Positions 20,732 to 30,268 of a stretch of 64,000 bases of DNA are shown in pieces (the first letter of the stretch is position 1; each line of letters starts with the position of its first letter). The position numbers and the translations under genes are program-made. The notes below the pieces were generated by a model that searched no databases, was not told where the DNA came from, and worked only from the letters and a program-made list of their open reading frames with translations. The DNA is from a virus. The stretch is from positions 319,950 through 383,949 of the IMG/VR virus record IMGVR_UViG_3300045988_180880. One strand, 5' to 3'.

Positions 20732-21667
20732 ATTATACTATTGAAAAATAAATCATTAACAGGGAGAGAAAAATCTATAGTAGAACAGAAAGAATTTAGC
20801 TTGCCAAGTAGTATAATGAAATCTATAAGAAATTTTATTGCTCCTATTAATAAAAGAGATGGATCTAATAAAATAAAGAATCCATTAGTATTGTACGCTA
20901 GAGATCAGAAAGCTAGAAGAATTAGAGCAAATAGAAAACTAGGAATTGATTTAAAAACAAATGTTCCCAAGAATCCTAAGTTAAATCAGAGTCTAACAAA
21001 AGAGATAACAAAGGATGGAGAAAATTGGGTATTGGATAATAATGGCTGGTATAAATTTCAAAATAACGTTGCGAGAGAATCAGCTGCTCCAGTAAATAGA
21101 GTTACATTAGGGATAAATAATCTTAAATATACAAAAATTTCTCCAAAAGACTGTATAGATCTTTCAGAATCAAAAGCACTACTAGCTGCTAAAACAAAGA
21201 AAAATATAATAAACCTTGAAGGAAGTTTGTTAGATTCTACAACTCCTATGTCTCATGAATATGGACATATATTAAATTCTAAAAATCCAAGAACTAGAAA
21301 GGTAGGGATGAGAATTAGAAGATTACAGAATCAAGAAAACAAAACGACCTCTAATAGATTCTTTGGAAAAGCAAAATCTACATGGAATATTGCTAGATTA
21401 AATAACTCTATTGTTTCTGAAGAGAAGAATGCTTGGAAGAACGGAATAAATGCATTGAAAAGAAATGGTGCTACTTCAGAAGATCTAAAGTATACTAATA
21501 AATATAAAAATGCAGCTTTAGATACATATAAGAGTAGTAGAAATTTAAAAATTGTATCGAAAGTATATGACATGTTTAAATCAAAAAATTCGGTTAATCC
21601 AATAGAATCATTAATGAAAGATAGAAAATATAAATGGAATGCAGTAGATCTAGGGTCTAATTTGTAA
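20729..21667 (+). CDS. leader-family protein with HExxH metallopeptidase-like motif
   Basis: MIILLKNKSLTGREKSIVEQKEFS.. HEYGH at 21254-21268, followed by EEKNAWKNGINALKRNGATSED. Confidence 0.75.
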   Translation: MIILLKNKSLTGREKSIVEQKEFSLPSSIMKSIRNFIAPINKRDGSNKIKNPLVLYARDQKARRIRANRKLGIDLKTNVPKNPKLNQSLTKEITKDGENWVLDNNGWYKFQNNVARESAAPVNRVTLGINNLKYTKISPKDCIDLSESKALLAAKTKKNIINLEGSLLDSTTPMSHEYGHILNSKNPRTRKVGMRIRRLQNQENKTTSNRFFGKAKSTWNIARLNNSIVSEEKNAWKNGINALKRNGATSEDLKYTNKYKNAALDTYKSSRNLKIVSKVYDMFKSKNSVNPIESLMKDRKYKWNAVDLGSNL

Positions 21668-21676
21668 AAAAAAATA

Positions 21677-21708
21677 AAAAGTAGAAATCTTTGTTAATCT
21701 CTACTTTT
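21677..21708. terminator. bidirectional hairpin terminator
   Basis: aaaagtaga/tctactttt stem flanked by an A-run and a T-run, between convergent genes. Confidence 0.65.
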
Positions 21709-22070
21709 TACAAATCATACTTACTTAAATAATCCTTTATTATTTTTAGATCCCCATTATCAAATTCAATTATATTATTAGGTATATCGAATTGCCATTC
21801 TCCTGGCGCAGTATAAACGTAATTACACTCTTTACCATCATCTTCTATAATTTGAATATCTGAGGTATTACCTTTATACTCTACCATTGGTCTAAGTCTA
21901 ATTATTCTTTTATCACTACTAATAGGATTTTTAGTAAATATGAATAGTTCTACTGATTTAGGTTTATCTTCTTCATCCCTAAATGTTAATTCAGCGTCTT
22001 CGGTAAATTCAAATTGACATGAAGACACATCTAATTCACTTTTTTTAATAAATCTTATTCCTATTTTCAT
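21708..22070 (-). CDS. hypothetical protein
   Basis: 120-aa ORF with the promoter-like motif ~20 nt upstream. Confidence 0.7.
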   Translation of the reverse strand: MKIGIRFIKKSELDVSSCQFEFTEDAELTFRDEEDKPKSVELFIFTKNPISSDKRIIRLRPMVEYKGNTSDIQIIEDDGKECNYVYTAPGEWQFDIPNNIIEFDNGDLKIIKDYLSKYDL

Positions 22071-22089
22071 ATTTCTTTGGTTTTATATT

Positions 22090-22106
22090 ACATATATAAG
22101 GCTTTG
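22090..22106 (-). promoter_or_regulatory. promoter-like motif
   Basis: Plus strand reads acatatataaggctttg. Confidence 0.6.
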
Positions 22107-22154
22107 AAGTTATATGAAGATTAAAGAGAGATAAAAAAATAAGGAGGCTATATT

Positions 22155-22970
22155 ATGTTTGGATTTATCAGAAGATATGTAAAGAGAAAGAAGTTTAGGT
22201 CTAAGGTAGAAGTAGAACTACATGATATATTAAGAAACTTTTTTGATTTTAACGGAAATATATATATTTATTTAGATGAGTATAGTACGGAGAGATTATT
22301 GGATTGTGTAGAAGGTCTAAAAAGTCTTCATAACAAGTATTTAGGGAAAGATATCCAATTTTTTCATAATTGCGAAGATATTCAATATATCTTATATTCT
22401 AATATTGATCAATTAAGTAATATTATAGAAACCGATTTGGAGTCTCGAGAGTATTTATATAATTTTCTGAAAGATTATATATCTAAAAGAGTTTCTCTTA
22501 ATGAATTAGATCTAAGTAGGGAATATAATAAAGAATTTTTTAATATTTTCTCAACTATCGTAAATATAATAGATGATGGCGGTATAGGTATTAATTATAA
22601 AAATTTTATTAATTCTTATCTATATTCATCTAGTATATTATTTAATGAAATGAATGATATATTGAATGAGTATATAAAATTATATCCACTAAGTAATAAG
22701 GATATAGTTCGGGAAAAAGTGACTGTACATGAACCAAAAATGATAAAAGTTTCGGGTGATTATATACCAACAAGTGAATTCGTAGATTATTCAGTATTAT
22801 ATGTAAAAACTCCAAAAGATAGATATGAATTATTATCTCCTTATTCTTTAGAGGATGAAAAATATTATATCAATGAGTTTCGCAAAGAAGATGATACTAA
22901 GAAAGATTTTAACTTGGATAATATACTTTCTATAGAACACTTTATAAGAAACTATATAAAACAAAAATAA
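22155..22970 (+). CDS. hypothetical protein, first gene of the rightward late operon
   Basis: 271-aa ORF with a strong SD (aaggagg) upstream. It lies immediately before the tape measure gene, so a chaperone role is possible but unsupported. Confidence 0.7.
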   Translation: MFGFIRRYVKRKKFRSKVEVELHDILRNFFDFNGNIYIYLDEYSTERLLDCVEGLKSLHNKYLGKDIQFFHNCEDIQYILYSNIDQLSNIIETDLESREYLYNFLKDYISKRVSLNELDLSREYNKEFFNIFSTIVNIIDDGGIGINYKNFINSYLYSSSILFNEMNDILNEYIKLYPLSNKDIVREKVTVHEPKMIKVSGDYIPTSEFVDYSVLYVKTPKDRYELLSPYSLEDEKYYINEFRKEDDTKKDFNLDNILSIEHFIRNYIKQK

Positions 22971-22973
22971 ACA

Positions 22974-25900
22974 ATGGCTGCAGAAGATATAGAAAATAAA
23001 GTAAGAAAAATGTCTTCCCAGAAACCAGAGGATGGGAAAGACTTACAACAACTCCAAGAAGCACAAAACCAGATTGTTCAGATAAATGCAGAACGTCAGG
23101 GAAACTTACAAACAGCTAGACTCGAAAATAATGCTGATGCGGCTAATAATGAAACTATGAGTCAAGCTGTAGAGATGGCTGCACTTGGAGGATTAGGTGG
23201 AGCAGCAGTACAACAACAAGTACAGGCAATGAATCCACAAACTCAGGCTGTCTTAGGAAAATATGGACTTGGACAACCTAAAGTACAGCGAACATCTTCA
23301 AGGAGTGTACAAGTAACTCCACAGAAGATAACAATAAATAATAACACTACGAACACAACGACTAATAACGTTGCTGTTCCCGCTGCTAATATTGGTGGTC
23401 CTGTCCAAGGGAGAACATTAGCAGTAAAACAAAATCCAGATGAAGGACAGGCTCGATTTAAAACTTGGATATCTAATGCCTTTGCTAAACAGAATCAACA
23501 AGCAGCGGCCAGAGAAAAAGAATATCAACGTCGTGAGTGGTCCTTGACAAGAAGTACTAATAAATTAATGAAACACTTATCTGACTTAGGAAAGAGTGTT
23601 TCAGAGAGATTAGACCCTAGGAAATTAGCATCTTCGGTAGGTGGACAATTTAAAACTATTCTCTTCCTCTTTGGTACTATGTTCTTAGCAAAAAATTGGA
23701 AAAGAATTATTAAATTTGCTGCTAATGTAGAGACTTTCTTTTTTGGAGAACCTGATCCAAATGATCCCAAAGCTCCAAGAGGCAGATCTGGATTTTCTAA
23801 AATGTTAATTAGTTTATTTGGAGGAGATCCTAATAGCAATAAATCTACTATACTAGGTTCATTAAAAGACTTGCTTTATACAGGTGATGAAAAGCGTCCT
23901 GGAGCATTCGACTACTTATTTTTAAAGATAAAGAATTATTTTTCAGAAGGTGCAGAGGCGATAAAAAATTTAGAGTTGCCAAAAATAGATACAGATGATC
24001 TTTTAGGTTCTTTAAAAAATATAGTTGGATATTTTGGAAACGTTATATCTACGCTATTTACTGGAGCAGATGGATTAAAAAAAGGAATTGATAATCAGAT
24101 AAAAGAGGTTTCTAAAAATTCTAAATATGGATTAACTAGTGATGGTAAGAAAGATTTATCGTGGATAGATGATCGTGCGGATGTTAATGAAAAATTATCA
24201 AATTTTTATACACAACATTTTAGAGAATCTTATGGAAATTTAAAAGGTTATGAAGACTTAATAGATTCTAAAGGTAGGTTAACTGATATTGCTAGAGGAG
24301 ATATAATTCATACAAGGGATAAAGATGCTAATAATTATGTAAGATATTCAGATGTTACTGAATCAGGAGAATTGACTGGTACTGTAGGTTCTACATTTAG
24401 AGCTTCTAATGCTGTATCAAGTATGTTAGGTGATAAAAAAACTGTCAATACTGTTGGAGTTACTAGTTTACTCGGAGATATTGAAAAGGCAGTAGATAAA
24501 AATGAAGAATCAGGAGATAAGAAGGGTATAGCTATCGAATCTTCAGAATTTTTAACAAGAACAGGACTAACTTTAGATGATATTGATGAATTGAAAAAAC
24601 GTGGAGATATCACTGAAGGTAGTTTTAAATATGTTTTAGAACCAAAAACTTTAGAGGAATTAGCTTTTGAGTATAAAAATCAACCCCCAGGACCAGAAGA
24701 GGCTGCATTAAAAGCTGGATTACAAACTCATTTAGAAAATGTTACTGGTATAGGGGATTTAAAGAAATGGGGTTTTAGATTGGCAGGGTTAGCTGGAGGT
24801 ATTGCACTTTGTTTTGTTCCAGGAGGACAAGCATTAGCAATTCCTTTGATAGCTGGTGGATTAACTGCTGGTGAGTTAACTGCGCAGGCATCTCAATCAC
24901 CATGGGTTAGAGGTGGATTAGCTGCTTTAAATACAAAAAAAGCAAGAGTACTTCCTAGATATACTATGAGATTAGTTGATGTAAATGACCCTAGACCAGG
25001 AGTAGATTTAGGTCGTATGGGAGATATGTCAACAATTACTGTACCTAAAAATCAGAAAGATGCTACTATAGTTAATGGTTATAGAATTAAAAAAGGGGTA
25101 ATAAATAGGATTAAAGACAGAATTGGTGGTTTTAAAACGAAAGATAAAGATGGAAATGTATCTTATAAATCATTTGATATAACTGATTCTGAAATAAGAA
25201 CTAATATGGATAAGCATGTTAGAGGCATACAAACAGCTCTTCATGGAAAAGTGGCTGAAAATGTAGATTATGATTTGAATAATTACAAAGGCATCCAAAA
25301 TGTACTGGATCTTAAAGCCAAAAATCGTGCTTATGAACAAGAAGTATGGAATAATTCTCCTATGAAAAAAAGTGGCGAATATATAGGTGATGCAGTAGAT
25401 GGTGTGAAAGGGTATATTACAGGAAATAGACCACCTGAAAAGATAACTGATGAGGTGAGAAAGGCTAGAATACTAAAAGCCATGGATTTTGCTATGAAGG
25501 AACTTGGGATGACTAAAGAACAAGCTGCCGGGTTAGTTGGTAATTTTTTAAGAGAGTCTCAATTAGTTACTACTGCTAAGAATCCAGACTCTCCAGCAAC
25601 TGGAATAGCTCAGTGGTTAGGAGTTAGAAGAAGAGCTTTTGAACATGGTAAACTTAGTGAGAAAGAAAAAAAAGCTGGATGGAAACATTATGATGGACCA
25701 GGTTCAGGTAAATCTTTGGGAGATGCATCCTTTGAAGAACAACTTCAATTTGTTAAGTGGGAAATGGAAAATATTCCGGCTTATAGAGAAGGTTTGAAGA
25801 AAATAAAAGCTTCAAAAGATCATCTTGAAGCAGCTCGAAATGTTTTTGGATATTATGAATTTTCAGCAGGTCCAGAAAAATCAGCTCAACATATGGAAGA

Positions 25901-26498
25901 TAAAGGGCAAGATGGTTGGGGATCCTTGAAAAAAGGAGAAAATTTTGCAGGAGATGCTTTATTAACTTACAACTCTTTTAAAGGTGATACTCTAGAAAAT
26001 ACCAATACTAATTCCACAAATTCTGAAGAGTCTATTTATATGGCTGATGCTTCATCTACAACTCCAGATAATTATGTAGAACAGAGAACAGATAAAGGAT
26101 CTAGTATATCTACTTATGATTGGAGTACTGCAGGTGTTAATTCTTTTGGAAGTGATTCTGGATTGATAATGGCTCAGAGTAGTATTTTAGCTCCAGAAAA
26201 AGTTACACCAACTACACCAACTTCAGAAAAATCTATTCCAGGTAATACTTCAGAATCTGCTGGACGAGAATTAATAGCTGATGCAGAAAAAGATAAGACG
26301 GAAGATCTTTATACAAAAGTTTCTGATATTAATGAAAATATAAAACTTCTTTCAAAAACATCTATAGCACAAGCAGAAGCAATTAATAATGTTTCTACAG
26401 CCATAGCATCTCTTAAGTTTGGAGGAAATATAAATATGGGTGGTGGAGATGGAAGAACTAAAGTACAGAGTATTACTACTCCCCCTTATAGAGGATAA
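22974..26498 (+). CDS. tail tape measure protein with internal tail-lysozyme (peptidoglycan hydrolase) domain
   Basis: 1174 aa, the longest ORF in the tail module. It has Gln/Ala-rich and coiled regions and a hydrophobic Gly-rich stretch (LAGLAGGIALCFVPGGQALAIPLIAGGLTAGE). The motif EQAAGLVGNFLRESQL...ATGIAQWLGVRRRAF fits the phage tail lysozyme family pattern (xAGIxGNxxxES...GIxQW). Confidence 0.8.
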   Translation: MAAEDIENKVRKMSSQKPEDGKDLQQLQEAQNQIVQINAERQGNLQTARLENNADAANNETMSQAVEMAALGGLGGAAVQQQVQAMNPQTQAVLGKYGLGQPKVQRTSSRSVQVTPQKITINNNTTNTTTNNVAVPAANIGGPVQGRTLAVKQNPDEGQARFKTWISNAFAKQNQQAAAREKEYQRREWSLTRSTNKLMKHLSDLGKSVSERLDPRKLASSVGGQFKTILFLFGTMFLAKNWKRIIKFAANVETFFFGEPDPNDPKAPRGRSGFSKMLISLFGGDPNSNKSTILGSLKDLLYTGDEKRPGAFDYLFLKIKNYFSEGAEAIKNLELPKIDTDDLLGSLKNIVGYFGNVISTLFTGADGLKKGIDNQIKEVSKNSKYGLTSDGKKDLSWIDDRADVNEKLSNFYTQHFRESYGNLKGYEDLIDSKGRLTDIARGDIIHTRDKDANNYVRYSDVTESGELTGTVGSTFRASNAVSSMLGDKKTVNTVGVTSLLGDIEKAVDKNEESGDKKGIAIESSEFLTRTGLTLDDIDELKKRGDITEGSFKYVLEPKTLEELAFEYKNQPPGPEEAALKAGLQTHLENVTGIGDLKKWGFRLAGLAGGIALCFVPGGQALAIPLIAGGLTAGELTAQASQSPWVRGGLAALNTKKARVLPRYTMRLVDVNDPRPGVDLGRMGDMSTITVPKNQKDATIVNGYRIKKGVINRIKDRIGGFKTKDKDGNVSYKSFDITDSEIRTNMDKHVRGIQTALHGKVAENVDYDLNNYKGIQNVLDLKAKNRAYEQEVWNNSPMKKSGEYIGDAVDGVKGYITGNRPPEKITDEVRKARILKAMDFAMKELGMTKEQAAGLVGNFLRESQLVTTAKNPDSPATGIAQWLGVRRRAFEHGKLSEKEKKAGWKHYDGPGSGKSLGDASFEEQLQFVKWEMENIPAYREGLKKIKASKDHLEAARNVFGYYEFSAGPEKSAQHMEDKGQDGWGSLKKGENFAGDALLTYNSFKGDTLENTNTNSTNSEESIYMADASSTTPDNYVEQRTDKGSSISTYDWSTAGVNSFGSDSGLIMAQSSILAPEKVTPTTPTSEKSIPGNTSESAGRELIADAEKDKTEDLYTKVSDINENIKLLSKTSIAQAEAINNVSTAIASLKFGGNINMGGGDGRTKVQSITTPPYRG

Positions 26499-26519
26499 AT
26501 TATTTAAACAATCATAATT

Positions 26520-27659
26520 ATGGCTGGTATTACTGATGAAGAACTAGATAGGGAACTAGCAAGATGTGGATTTAACCCTAAGGATGATAATAGTGGGGCA
26601 GTTGTTTCTAGACATCATGCATTTTATTATGATAGACAAATAGATAAAGTTCTTACTCATATAACTCTTCATGCTAATTCTTATTTAGATGGAAAAGGGG
26701 AATGGCAAAAAATGGGTTCATCCTATTCTTTAGATGAAGAAGGTTATAATACAGTACCTCTTTATAAAGGAATTCTAAATGAAGATTTTATTGTTCAAGC
26801 TGGTAATTCCTGGACTGATTTTGGAGATGATCCTATAGGTGGTATGTGGAATAATCTAAAACCTTATGCTCCATATGCGAAAGAACTTACGAAAACAGCT
26901 GAATCAATGTTGAGAGATACAACTGGAGACAGTACTGTTGAAAAACTAGCAAAAAAAGTATTATCTGGTATAGCTACTGCAACTGGTACAGCATCTAAAC
27001 TCCTTAATAGATCTCTTGTAACTCAGGGGTGTAGATTTTCTTACTATTCTGGAACTAGTACTAGTTTTGGAAATTTAGCTATGAAATTTACAGTACTTCC
27101 TGATTATTCTGGTGGAGTATTTAAAACGGTTTCAGAACAGCTTCAAGAGTTATATCCATATATAATGGGTAAATATACTCAAGGAGTTGTTGATGAAAAT
27201 GGAACAGTACTAGGATCAAAAATTGAATCTAATAAAGAAGGCGTTAATACTGGAATTACTGGAGAAGATGGAAAATTGCTTAATACATTTTTTAGTTGGC
27301 AAATGCCTCCTGCTGGATATGAGCCGGATCTTTTAAATATGGATACTATCTTAACTGGTACACTCAAGCTAAAATTTGGGGCTTTTTATGCACTAAATTC
27401 TCTTGTATGTACTAATGCTCAATTTAGTTTTTCAAAGCAAGTAGTAAAATATTGGGATGCATCAAAGAAAATGAATACTTTAAGTCCATTATACTGTGAT
27501 GTTATTCTTAATTTCCAACCATCTACTAAATACTCTGATATATCACTTCAGAAATTTATTAGTGGACAGTCTACAAAAGATTTTATTACTGCTGCGAAAA
27601 ATAATATGAGAGATGGTCTGAAAAGAGAAAAAGATAAAATAGATAACTTATTAAAATAA
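26520..27659 (+). CDS. tail-tube-fold family paralog (baseplate/tube junction candidate)
   Basis: 379 aa, paralogous to the next ORF. Shared blocks include RFSYYSGT..FGNL..KFT, WQ.PP.G, GTLKLKFG..YA...LVC and the C-terminal PL.CD(V/I)...F(Q/K)P(S/A)(T/S)K(Y/F)(S/T)D. RFSYYSGTSTSFGNLAMKFTVLPD parallels gp19 NRKINVAGDRTFDDWTVTVMND. Confidence 0.45.
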   Translation: MAGITDEELDRELARCGFNPKDDNSGAVVSRHHAFYYDRQIDKVLTHITLHANSYLDGKGEWQKMGSSYSLDEEGYNTVPLYKGILNEDFIVQAGNSWTDFGDDPIGGMWNNLKPYAPYAKELTKTAESMLRDTTGDSTVEKLAKKVLSGIATATGTASKLLNRSLVTQGCRFSYYSGTSTSFGNLAMKFTVLPDYSGGVFKTVSEQLQELYPYIMGKYTQGVVDENGTVLGSKIESNKEGVNTGITGEDGKLLNTFFSWQMPPAGYEPDLLNMDTILTGTLKLKFGAFYALNSLVCTNAQFSFSKQVVKYWDASKKMNTLSPLYCDVILNFQPSTKYSDISLQKFISGQSTKDFITAAKNNMRDGLKREKDKIDNLLK

Positions 27660-27663
27660 TAAT

Positions 27664-28863
27664 ATGCCATTAAATACAGCAGAAAAACCGGGAAAAATAA
27701 AAACTCCTAATCCTCCATCATTAGGAAGTATGGTTAAATCATCTCCTTCTGCCCCAAGAATTGAAGTTCCACAACAAAAACATTATGGAGAAGGAATGAG
27801 TAGTGGAACCAAAGTTAGTGGATTTTACTATGATACTAATCGTGGTAATGATTTAATGTCAGTTTCTCTTCATTATAACTCCGTTCTTTATGATGATGGA
27901 TCTTGGGGTGAATATCACGGTGCAAAAGACGATGATGGGTATTCTTATGAACCATTATGTAGAGCTATTATGTCTGAAGATTATCAAGCTGCTATTTCTA
28001 ATTCTTGGTCTGAATTTGGAGATGAAAAGATTAATGATGTATTTAATCAATTTAAACCTTATGCACCATATCTATCATTTTTCTCTAAAGAACTTGAAAA
28101 AATGAATAGTGCAGAAGAGGAAATGAAGACTGGATCAGAAGAGGATAGGATGGCTATATTTAGTACTATTGGACAAATATTTGATAAAACAACTGATGTT
28201 CTAGAAAAATTAGCAAAAGCAGGAACTGATTATTTAAATAGAGCTTTAGTAACTAAGACTGGAAGATTTTCTTACTATTCTGGTACTGGAGTTGGATTTG
28301 GTAATCTAACGATAAAATTTACTATATTTTCTGATTATGTAGATGGGAAATTCAAATCTGTATATGATCAGATTATGGAATTATATCCATATTGTTTTGG
28401 AAAATTAGTTAAGTTTTTAAATGATAGTGGAGAGCCAGCAAGTAAAGATGATACTGAAGTAGCGTTGATAAAAGAATTAGTTGATAGATATTTTGGTTGG
28501 CAGATCCCTCCTGGTGGATTTAAAGCTGAGTTGGATAATATAGATAAAATACAATTTGGAACTCTTAAACTTAAATTCGGCTCACTTTATGCTATTGATA
28601 ATCTTGTTTGTGAGAGTGCTACTTTCCAAATGTCTAAACAAATGATGAAGAGATGGGATACTGGATCTAAAGAAAATGATCTATGTCCTTTATCTTGTGA
28701 TATTACAATGACTTTCAAACCAGCATCTAAATTTACTGATGTTAGACTTAAGAGATTAATAGGAGGAGATGCTACACAAAAAGAAAGACAAGCGATGGAG
28801 TTAATATTACAAGATAATATAAATAAAAAAATAGAAGAAAATAAAAAATTATTAGGAGGATAA
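27664..28863 (+). CDS. tail-tube-fold family paralog (baseplate/tube junction candidate)
   Basis: 399 aa, a tandem paralog of 26520..27659 (see that entry). Confidence 0.45.
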   Translation: MPLNTAEKPGKIKTPNPPSLGSMVKSSPSAPRIEVPQQKHYGEGMSSGTKVSGFYYDTNRGNDLMSVSLHYNSVLYDDGSWGEYHGAKDDDGYSYEPLCRAIMSEDYQAAISNSWSEFGDEKINDVFNQFKPYAPYLSFFSKELEKMNSAEEEMKTGSEEDRMAIFSTIGQIFDKTTDVLEKLAKAGTDYLNRALVTKTGRFSYYSGTGVGFGNLTIKFTIFSDYVDGKFKSVYDQIMELYPYCFGKLVKFLNDSGEPASKDDTEVALIKELVDRYFGWQIPPGGFKAELDNIDKIQFGTLKLKFGSLYAIDNLVCESATFQMSKQMMKRWDTGSKENDLCPLSCDITMTFKPASKFTDVRLKRLIGGDATQKERQAMELILQDNINKKIEENKKLLGG

Positions 28864-28864
28864 A

Positions 28865-29170
28865 ATGTATACTAAAAAAGATGAGATAATTAGCAATAAG
28901 GAAAATCTTTCAAACTATATAGATGGAATAGATGTATATAACTCTAGTATATTAGTATACTTAAATAATCCAATTATAGAAAGAGAATCTTATGAAATAA
29001 CAGCATATGAATATAGACCAGATCTTATTGCAGAGGATTATTATGGTTCTACTTCATATGCTGGCCTCCTAATGTTACAGGCTGCTAGAGGGCTTGAAAC
29101 TTATAAAAGAGGCGCAATTTTAAAATTAATTCCAAAAAGAGTATTAGATAACATATTAGGAAGTTTATGA
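28865..29170 (+). CDS. tail protein X-like (LysM-like) protein
   Basis: 101 aa. YEITAYEYRPDLIAEDYYGSTSYAGLLMLQAARGLETYKRGAILKLIP fits the P2 gpX/LysM-like pattern. Its position before the hub-like gene is as in P2-type tails. Confidence 0.45.
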   Translation: MYTKKDEIISNKENLSNYIDGIDVYNSSILVYLNNPIIERESYEITAYEYRPDLIAEDYYGSTSYAGLLMLQAARGLETYKRGAILKLIPKRVLDNILGSL

Positions 29171-30258
29171 AATATATTAATTCTTATAAGGTTTCTATTA
29201 ATTTCACTCCATGGTTTGACTCTGGGTATAAATTTGATAATATCCATATGTACGAAGAACTTGGCGGAAAAATAGCTAGTGGGGAAATTAGTATGTCACA
29301 TGACGGTTCTGGGGAAGCTCTTAAATTAATTACAGATCAATATACTGGACAGATAACTTTGGAGAAGGAAGGTGGAAATATTTATATTATTGATGTTTTC
29401 ATAATTAATAAAAAATATTTTAAAAACTTTTTAACTCTAAACTTTATCTGTATAAAAGATAAGAAATTTTATACAGAACTTATACAAGCTGAGTGGGATG
29501 ATATCACTTCAGCTATTGAATCTTTATATCCAGGAAAAAAGGATATAAGATGTAAATGTGATATTAATAATAAACTTACAATTTTTCAAAACTCAGAAAC
29601 AAATCAATCATTATGTTCTAAATTATCATATGGATTTAAGAAAAAGTCTATATTTGCTTATGGATGGGAAGGGTATTTAATGAAGGAGATTATAGGTATT
29701 GATCATGGAGGAAATCAAGAACCATATTATAGTATAGAGGGTTCTTCTGAATTCTTACAATTAGATTCTTATAACCTAAATTATAATCCTTTAATTTATT
29801 ATACTCCAACTAATCCATGGGAACCGGTTAAAGGAGATGAGAATAATGGGGAGCAAGCAAATAATAGTACAGATGATTATACAGATCTTCAACCTAAAAA
29901 TTCTAGAACTCTCCAATTTTATGAAGATTATACAATTGTTGGAAAAGATTTTGAACAACTTATGCATAACTATTGGAGAAACTTAGGATATATGAATTCT
30001 GATTTCTTCACTGCATTTAGAATAAAAGATTTTGATATGCCTAAATATAAACTTGGTGATATCTTGAAGTATAAACGTGGTGAGCAAAAAACAGAATTAC
30101 CATTTAAATTATTCTTAGTTCGATCTAATGAATTATTTATGGCTATTGAAGATTCCAGTTCTGTAGGCCCTGATGGAGAGAGTTTTTCTTGGACTTCATT
30201 GTTATCAGGTGTAGAGGAAAAAGAAGAAATATTACCAATTGTAGATCCAACAAATTAA
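29167..30258 (+). CDS. baseplate hub candidate (P2 gpD / Mu gp44 position)
   Basis: 363-aa ORF between the X-like and spike-like genes. Called by synteny only. Confidence 0.35.
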   Translation: MKYINSYKVSINFTPWFDSGYKFDNIHMYEELGGKIASGEISMSHDGSGEALKLITDQYTGQITLEKEGGNIYIIDVFIINKKYFKNFLTLNFICIKDKKFYTELIQAEWDDITSAIESLYPGKKDIRCKCDINNKLTIFQNSETNQSLCSKLSYGFKKKSIFAYGWEGYLMKEIIGIDHGGNQEPYYSIEGSSEFLQLDSYNLNYNPLIYYTPTNPWEPVKGDENNGEQANNSTDDYTDLQPKNSRTLQFYEDYTIVGKDFEQLMHNYWRNLGYMNSDFFTAFRIKDFDMPKYKLGDILKYKRGEQKTELPFKLFLVRSNELFMAIEDSSSVGPDGESFSWTSLLSGVEEKEEILPIVDPTN

Positions 30259-30268
30259 ATAGAAAAAT

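Noticed and set aside
22155-22970. Calling 22155..22970, or the 17137/17870 pair, a tail assembly chaperone.
   Set aside because: 22155..22970 has only positional logic (upstream of the tape measure). It has no overlapping frameshifted partner ORF and no recognisable motif. The overlapping pair at 17137/17870 is 5 kb from the tape measure gene.
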